This document shows positions 56,634 to 64,000 of a DNA stretch of 64,000 bases, piece by piece (the stretch's first letter is position 1; each line of letters starts with the position of its first letter). The notes under the pieces were generated by a model that worked only from the letters and a program-made list of their open reading frames with translations, was not told where the DNA came from and ran no database searches. The DNA comes from a virus (Duplodnaviria; Caudoviricetes). The stretch is taken from IMG/VR virus record IMGVR_UViG_3300031992_000052, positions 1-64,000 of that record; one strand, given 5' to 3'. Made by a program: the position numbers and the translations under genes.

Positions 56634-57044
56634 ATGCACCAGTACGATATAATTCCAGAGGAGCTTAGAAAGTATCTCGCTCAGTTTGGTAAACACTTCA
56701 ATAAAAAGCTCTGCGACTATGCCGTCTCCCTCATGATGAAGGCCGGCCCCGACGGCAAGCCCGTCCGCATCACCCCAATGACTCGCGAGGAAGTAGAAAC
56801 TCTCCTGAAAACCCACGGCGTAGAACTGAAGAACAACGTCCTCTACGATCACGTGTTCGTCGCCAACATGGTAAAGTCCGACCAGCTCGGCTCCAGTATC
56901 GTCGACGCGAAGCATCACGCCCTCGCCATCAAAGACTACATCGACGATGTAGACAAGGCCGAAGGCTATCTCTTCGACCGCTGGATGTCAGACCTCTGTG
57001 GTCTCGGCCCCCATTACCTCCCATACTGGGAAGACATGATTTAA
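56634..57044 (+). CDS. hypothetical protein
   Basis: 136-aa ORF in operon. Confidence 0.75.
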   Translation: MHQYDIIPEELRKYLAQFGKHFNKKLCDYAVSLMMKAGPDGKPVRITPMTREEVETLLKTHGVELKNNVLYDHVFVANMVKSDQLGSSIVDAKHHALAIKDYIDDVDKAEGYLFDRWMSDLCGLGPHYLPYWEDMI

Positions 57045-57083
57045 CGTTCAGTAAACGGCGGTAGTACCGCCGCCCCATTCACT

Positions 57084-57479
57084 ATGACCCGCGACTACTT
57101 AGACATAGACCGTCATTGGGGCATTCTTGCCTATTATGACGTCATCCCCTCCGACTTCGACCAGCTCGGCCCAATCCTCCGTGAGTTCTCCTGCCCCGAA
57201 CAGGAGATAGAGAAAGCATGGCAAACCATCCACTACACCAACAAGGCATTCATTTTTAATGTCCCCTGGGCACGCATGTCCGTCCTTGTTGTCGGTCACG
57301 TCACTCACCCCTCGCAGTTCCTCAACTCCCTTCTGCACGAATTTGACCACCTGCAGGACGCCATCCTGAAATACTACGACGTACCCCACGGTACCGAAGA
57401 CGCAGCCTACCTCCAGGGCTACCTCGGTCAGGTGGCCTACGACGGCATCCTGCCGCTCATCTGTCCCGTCTGCCCTTGA
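57084..57479 (+). CDS. HExxH-motif protein (possible metallopeptidase)
   Basis: LLHEFDHL...EDAAYLQG. Confidence 0.6.
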   Translation: MTRDYLDIDRHWGILAYYDVIPSDFDQLGPILREFSCPEQEIEKAWQTIHYTNKAFIFNVPWARMSVLVVGHVTHPSQFLNSLLHEFDHLQDAILKYYDVPHGTEDAAYLQGYLGQVAYDGILPLICPVCP

Positions 57480-57504
57480 TTTCCGTCCCGTAGTTTGCGA
57501 TATT
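57471..57504 (+). promoter_or_regulatory. putative late promoter
   Basis: TGCCCTTGA-N19-GATATT. Confidence 0.65.
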
Positions 57505-57518
57505 ATCGCAAAAACGAT

Positions 57519-58022
57519 ATGACCAACTGCAAAGAATTTGTCCTCGACGACATTATGGCAATCTGTGCCATCCCCGTAACCGATTTCAATCCCGGCTTCT
57601 CTGGTTGGCAATTGCAGCCAGTCATCGCCGTAGCCGCTTTCTCCCCTACTCTAACCCGCGCCATCACCATCGGCCAGCAGGCCGCCACCACCGGCGGCAT
57701 CCTAATCCCCATCATGCGCCTCACGGGCAAGGCCAAAGACGACGAAAGCGACCAAACTGCTGGCCGCTTACATAAGGTGACAGTAAACTGTCAGATAGAC
57801 GACCGAGACATGAGTGCCGATGGGAACGGGATGACCGTCCTTGATCATCTGCTCACGCTGGAACGCACCCCCAGCCATCTGCGGCTCACCTTCCGCGACC
57901 AGAGCCGCGCCTTCGTGCAAGCCAGCAAAGACACCTACCTCTGCACCGTCGACCGTGACGGTGCAAAGACCTCCGTGCAGTTCCGCATCGAATGCCTGAT
58001 GGGTATTCAGATGCTTGTCTGA
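57519..58022 (+). CDS. hypothetical (probable virion) protein
   Basis: ORF directly after late-promoter motif. Confidence 0.6.
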   Translation: MTNCKEFVLDDIMAICAIPVTDFNPGFSGWQLQPVIAVAAFSPTLTRAITIGQQAATTGGILIPIMRLTGKAKDDESDQTAGRLHKVTVNCQIDDRDMSADGNGMTVLDHLLTLERTPSHLRLTFRDQSRAFVQASKDTYLCTVDRDGAKTSVQFRIECLMGIQMLV

Positions 58023-58024
58023 GT

Positions 58025-58726
58025 CTATCGGCTGAAGCGCATCCGTTTAGTAGAGTCGCCATCTGCGCGTCTCGCCATCGGCGGTGCGACGGGCAGTGTC
58101 TTAGCAGTATCTTTAGCCACAGAGCCCGCCGCTTCATCGGCGGGCTGACCGTTCTCCTCCGTTTCTACAGTTTCAGGCATATTTCCGCCTTCTGCCTTGG
58201 GTGCATTCTCCACCATCCCCTTGTACTTCGTCCACAGCCCATCCACGTCCTCGCGCTTGCCGTAAGCCGTGGCCGTGAAGTGCCGCCCGTAGCGCATGTT
58301 CACAGGTCCCTCGATGGCGAAGTCTGGCAGCAGTATCGCCGTCGCGTCTTGCTGAATGTCATGCAGCACCAGCCGCTCTCCGTAGGGATTGTCTTTCTGC
58401 CACGCCGAGGCATCAGGAGAAACAGCCTCCGACAGGTCGCTGACGATGGTCAGGCGGGCTATCACGTTCACGTTTCCGCAACCGTCCATGCGTGCCCACT
58501 GTTTCCGCATCCATGTGGCGATAATCTCTGCCGCCTGGTCGGGCAGCGACGGGGCGGATATCAGCATCTCCGCGTTGCTGTAGCGTGTAAGCAGGGCAGG
58601 CAGCAGTTCCGTCAGGCTCAGGTCGCCATAGCCTTCCATCTGCGCCGTACCTTCCTTTTCCAGTATGTTGCGCAGCTCGCGCAGTTGTTTCTGTGCGCAA
58701 CAAGGTTCTATCAGTTTCGTAACCAT
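58025..58726 (-). CDS. hypothetical protein
   Basis: 233-aa ORF. Confidence 0.7.
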   Translation of the reverse strand: MVTKLIEPCCAQKQLRELRNILEKEGTAQMEGYGDLSLTELLPALLTRYSNAEMLISAPSLPDQAAEIIATWMRKQWARMDGCGNVNVIARLTIVSDLSEAVSPDASAWQKDNPYGERLVLHDIQQDATAILLPDFAIEGPVNMRYGRHFTATAYGKREDVDGLWTKYKGMVENAPKAEGGNMPETVETEENGQPADEAAGSVAKDTAKTLPVAPPMARRADGDSTKRMRFSR

Positions 58727-58832
58727 AACTCTTAATTCTTAACCATTAGCTCTTAACTAAAAAGACAAGGCTCCGGCTCACGTTCGGGAGCCAGAGCCTT
58801 GCATTGCATGTGAGAGAATCAGGCAGTGACGC

Positions 58833-59396
58833 TTATGCGGCATCGGCCTGGTTGATGACACCGTACCACTTGGTTACAGGATATTTCATGTAACCGCAGG
58901 AAACCGTGAAGGTCTGTCCATGATCGTCGGTGCGTGCCGTGCCCGAATCGAAGGTCACCTGAATCTCGGCCTCGCCGTTCTCGTTGCCGATGACGATATA
59001 CTCGTCGAGGAACGTGCCCTCGGTTGTGCCTGCCTTCTTGTTGCCGGTGGCAACGAAGTAGAGGTTCTTGTCAGAGTTGTGCAGCACGCGAGCGGTGAAG
59101 GCCATGTCGTCCTCACTCATCTCCACACGACCAGTGGTCGATCCGGTCCAGCCCTTGCCGGTACCGTTGTCCTCACTCGTCACCTGACCCGTCTGCGACT
59201 TGTAGTCGATGCGGTAGCCCTGCAGGGCATCCTGATTAGTGGGCAGAGTGATATTGTACTGGTTCTTCGCGTCGTCAGCCACGATAGAACCGACATTAGC
59301 CAGAGGCACGACAAACATGTGGTTGCTCACGCCTGAAGGGTTCTCCTGGCAGCTGGCGCTGCTGAGAACGCTCTTGGGAATACATGATAATGGCAT
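58833..59396 (-). CDS. putative major tail (tube) protein
   Basis: Beta-rich, about 187 aa, downstream of capsid; FDSGTARTDDHG motif; assignment by context. Confidence 0.55.
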   Translation of the reverse strand: MPLSCIPKSVLSSASCQENPSGVSNHMFVVPLANVGSIVADDAKNQYNITLPTNQDALQGYRIDYKSQTGQVTSEDNGTGKGWTGSTTGRVEMSEDDMAFTARVLHNSDKNLYFVATGNKKAGTTEGTFLDEYIVIGNENGEAEIQVTFDSGTARTDDHGQTFTVSCGYMKYPVTKWYGVINQADAA

Positions 59397-59539
59397 AATC
59401 GTTATAAATTTTGTGTTTGTGTTGGTTTTGTGTTCAGTATGCTGCCGTATCACGGCAGCGTTAGAGAGGAAATCAGAGGGCGGCAGCGCAGGCGGCGATA
59501 TGACTACTTACCCGCGCCGCCGCAGCACCCCCGATGGGT

Positions 59540-60949
59540 TTAGCCCTTCGTGTAGTAGGTCTTGCCAGACGCTACCTCGGTGTCCTCCGTCAGAGTGTAC
59601 ACGTCGCCGTCCTTCTCATACCAGCCCTGCCCAGCGGGATTGCCAGAGGGGTTAGTTACGGCTGTGTAGGTGGGAGTCTCCTCCTCCTCAGCAGCCTCGG
59701 TTGCCGACATGAACTTGGCCTTCAGCTCGTACACGCCACCGGGGAAGGTGAAGTTATACGTCTCAGAAGTGCCGCCGTCGCTCCAGTTCACGAAGATGTA
59801 GCCCGGCTTCGGCGTGGCCTTCACCTGAATCAGGTCGCCTGCCTGGAAGAGCTCCTTCTCGGTCATCACCTGCACGGTACCCATCTTCTCGTTCTCGCTG
59901 ACTGCGGTGAAGATCTCGGTGAGGTACTCGCCGGCAGGCATCTTGGGAGCCACGTTCTGCACGTCGTTCACGGCGAACACCTGCGGGTCGAAGTCGCGGA
60001 TGCGGACGGTAGCGCGGACGTTGGCCTGGAAGTCGAAGACGCGCAGGTCCTTGTTCACCTGGCCGATAGAAATCAGAGCCTGGTCCTCGCGCTTGTCGCA
60101 CAAGAACTCAATGTTCTTTTCAAGCGTTGCGATGATCTGGCCTCCGGATCCGAGGGCGGCGCTGGTGGCAATCACCAGGTTAGGCATCTCGGCGAACTTC
60201 CATCCAGCCTGCAGCACGGTGGGAGCGAGCTGGTTGAAGGTCAGCATGTAGCCCTTTATCATCTTGCGACCGAACTCGGGGCTGACGATGAAGTAGAGCT
60301 TCTCCTCGGGCTTCTTCAGGGCAGGCGACAGCTTGTCGTAGAAGTTTACAGCCAGGTCGTAAACCTGGTCGGGTTCCAGATTGGTGATGTCGCCGGTCGG
60401 AATCAGGTTGCCGTTCTTCTCGCTGATGGTACCGTCTGTACGGCGCATGGCGATGATGGTGTAGAAACCGTTGAACAGGCTCAGGCCCTTCTTCACGGCA
60501 TTCTCGGGAGTTTCCTCCAGCTTGCGGAAGGCCATGTTTCCGAAAGGAATGTTGGCGCGGATGTCCTCGGCGAGGTTGCCAGAGAGCGTGTTCAGGAGGA
60601 GCTGAGTGTGCTCAGTGTTCTCAGCAACGTTGGTTGCGTCGAACGGGCCCTTCTCCTTGTATCGCTCAATGGAGTCGCTGGTGTGGAGGTAGATAGGTTC
60701 AACCTTGGCAGGATTGTCAACGAACTTACCAAGCTCGCTGTCTTTCACATTGCCGACAAAATACGGACGAGCCTGCAGGCCCTTACGGCTGAAAAGGTAA
60801 CAGGTGTCGATGTTCTCGACATCCGTAGTCACCATCATACCCAGGTCACTGAACATGCTGTCGGTGAGCAGATAGGTGTGCGCTATAAGCTCAGGATGGA
60901 TCACTTCCTTTACGGAGTTGATCTGTGCTACAGATAATGCGTAAGCCAT
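59540..60949 (-). CDS. major capsid protein with C-terminal Ig-like (InlB B-repeat-like) extension
   Basis: Follows protease/scaffold gene, biased codon use; C-terminal KATPKPGYIFVNWSDG. Confidence 0.7.
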   Translation of the reverse strand: MAYALSVAQINSVKEVIHPELIAHTYLLTDSMFSDLGMMVTTDVENIDTCYLFSRKGLQARPYFVGNVKDSELGKFVDNPAKVEPIYLHTSDSIERYKEKGPFDATNVAENTEHTQLLLNTLSGNLAEDIRANIPFGNMAFRKLEETPENAVKKGLSLFNGFYTIIAMRRTDGTISEKNGNLIPTGDITNLEPDQVYDLAVNFYDKLSPALKKPEEKLYFIVSPEFGRKMIKGYMLTFNQLAPTVLQAGWKFAEMPNLVIATSAALGSGGQIIATLEKNIEFLCDKREDQALISIGQVNKDLRVFDFQANVRATVRIRDFDPQVFAVNDVQNVAPKMPAGEYLTEIFTAVSENEKMGTVQVMTEKELFQAGDLIQVKATPKPGYIFVNWSDGGTSETYNFTFPGGVYELKAKFMSATEAAEEEETPTYTAVTNPSGNPAGQGWYEKDGDVYTLTEDTEVASGKTYYTKG

Positions 60950-61009
60950 AATGTTTGTGTTTGTGTTGATTGAGGGGTTATTACTATTGTTTACTGTTTC
61001 TGTGTTGTT

Positions 61010-61043
61010 ATGATAATGCGCTACCGCGTCGCGGTCAAGGGCA
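61010..61043 (-). promoter_or_regulatory. putative late promoter for capsid gene
   Basis: Minus strand TGCCCTTGA-N19-TATCAT. Confidence 0.7.
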
Positions 61044-61095
61044 GTCCGCCGCTTGTTCCGTATGCTGCGATATTATCGCAGCCATCCAGCGCGAG

Positions 61096-62916
<1,821 letters not shown>

Positions 62917-62949
62917 AATCTCTTTCGTCGTTAAATGTTTCTGTGTTGC

Positions 62950-62983
62950 ATTATAATGGCAGGCGCTCTGATAATCAAGGGCA
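62950..62983 (-). promoter_or_regulatory. putative late promoter for protease gene
   Basis: Minus strand TGCCCTTGA-N19-TATAAT. Confidence 0.75.
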
Positions 62984-63077
62984 GGTTTTACGATGTCTGA
63001 AGGCTGAGGGCTGAAGGCTGAGGGGCAAGCGTCGGCGGTGGGATACACATCATCCATCATCCATCATCCATCAGCCA

Positions 63078-64000
63078 TCACTTTATCTCCGGTGTCCGAT
63101 GCGTAGCAGGGAAAGCAGTGAACAGCCGCTTGCGGCTCTGATCGCATGCCGCCTTCCTGCGCCGTGCCTCTGCCGCACAGGCGCACGCCTTCTCGCGCTC
63201 CGCCTGCGCTTCCCTCTCGCGCGCGATATTATATATAGGTGTATCTACCGCTGCCTCGCCCAGCGCATCCAGGTTCTCGGCGATATAGTCGCAAGCCATT
63301 GCCATTGCCTGCTGCGCGTCGGTCATGCTGTCGCGCCGTGCCAGCCGTTCTTCTTTTTCGATGCTGCTGCCGGTGCCCCTTGCCGATGTGCTCACCGTCA
63401 AGCTCGTGCGCGTGATAGTCGTCCGTCGGCTCTCGACATAGAAAGCCAGGGCTATGCGGAGCAATTCGAGCAGTTCCTCGAAATGCTCAGCGCTCCCCGC
63501 CGTCGCCCCCTCGCCGTCCTGTCCCGTTTGCTGCGATAGTATCGCAGCCTCCCCGTCGTTGGCAAAGGCCACCACGGCCTTCAGCAACTTCGCCCCAATC
63601 CTCGGCTTCAGGTAAGTATTCTGACAGAAGCGGATATCCCTCACCAGCGAGACATACGCCATGCGCTGATTCTTGATGTCAAGGAACTTGTCGAGCACCG
63701 TCGCCGTCTGGAACAGCAGGTCTTTGTTCAGGTAGAAGGCGTCGGCATCCTGCCACATCTCGGTAAACAGTTTCTCTCCCTTTGCGTCGGCTTCGAGGAA
63801 CAGCAGCAGCGAGTCCGTCGCCCTGCCCGCGCTCATCCAGGCGTCCTTTACCACCCTGTCCTTCGCCTTCTCGTCAGCGGGGTCGTAGCTCTCGCCGGAA
63901 GACACATTCATGCCCCCGCCCTCGTTGAACGATACCGTCAGCAGTCCAGCCTTGTGCGCCAGCATCCTGTACCACTCTATCTGCTGACAGATGCGGACGA
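63078..64000 (-). CDS. putative head-associated protein (DUF6712-like), 5' end outside window
   Basis: Open frame upstream of the protease gene; context-based call. Confidence 0.5.
   Translation of the reverse strand, partial: VRICQQIEWYRMLAHKAGLLTVSFNEGGGMNVSSGESYDPADEKAKDRVVKDAWMSAGRATDSLLLFLEADAKGEKLFTEMWQDADAFYLNKDLLFQTATVLDKFLDIKNQRMAYVSLVRDIRFCQNTYLKPRIGAKLLKAVVAFANDGEAAILSQQTGQDGEGATAGSAEHFEELLELLRIALAFYVESRRTTITRTSLTVSTSARGTGSSIEKEERLARRDSMTDAQQAMAMACDYIAENLDALGEAAVDTPIYNIAREREAQAEREKACACAAEARRRKAACDQSRKRLFTAFPATHRTPEIK

Overview
A 64 kb segment of a Bacteroidales (Prevotella-like) tailed phage or prophage. The host call rests on TAnnTTTG promoters, SD-less A-rich starts and host-type palindromic repeats. 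(1) 1-29 kb: a co-oriented + strand early/accessory region of about 45 mostly small genes with anti-defence domains (MutS-I, ArdC, DdrB-like ParB, DnaJ+LPD29, DarB-like methylase-helicase, minimal NAD ligase), then two fimbrillin-like lipoproteins around a GxxExxY gene. (2) 29-35.5 kb: exonuclease, IF-1, primase-helicase and a divergent HTH switch. (3) 35.7-64 kb: tail, holin-like and head genes, a complete two-target diversity-generating retroelement (DGR) and an unknown conserved operon. The main novel signal is a small antisense transcription unit at about 13.03-13.17 kb with its own promoter and terminator. It reads type I-C CRISPR repeat / 34-nt pseudo-spacer ending in a Cas12a (V-A) repeat handle / degenerate I-C repeat, a candidate dual-specificity RNA anti-CRISPR. 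Other signals: DGR variable regions that differ from the template in AAC-tract length, C-terminal -AA (ssrA-like) ends on early proteins, and a phage-specific late promoter TGCCCTTGA-N19-NATAWT. All calls were made by eye without database searches.
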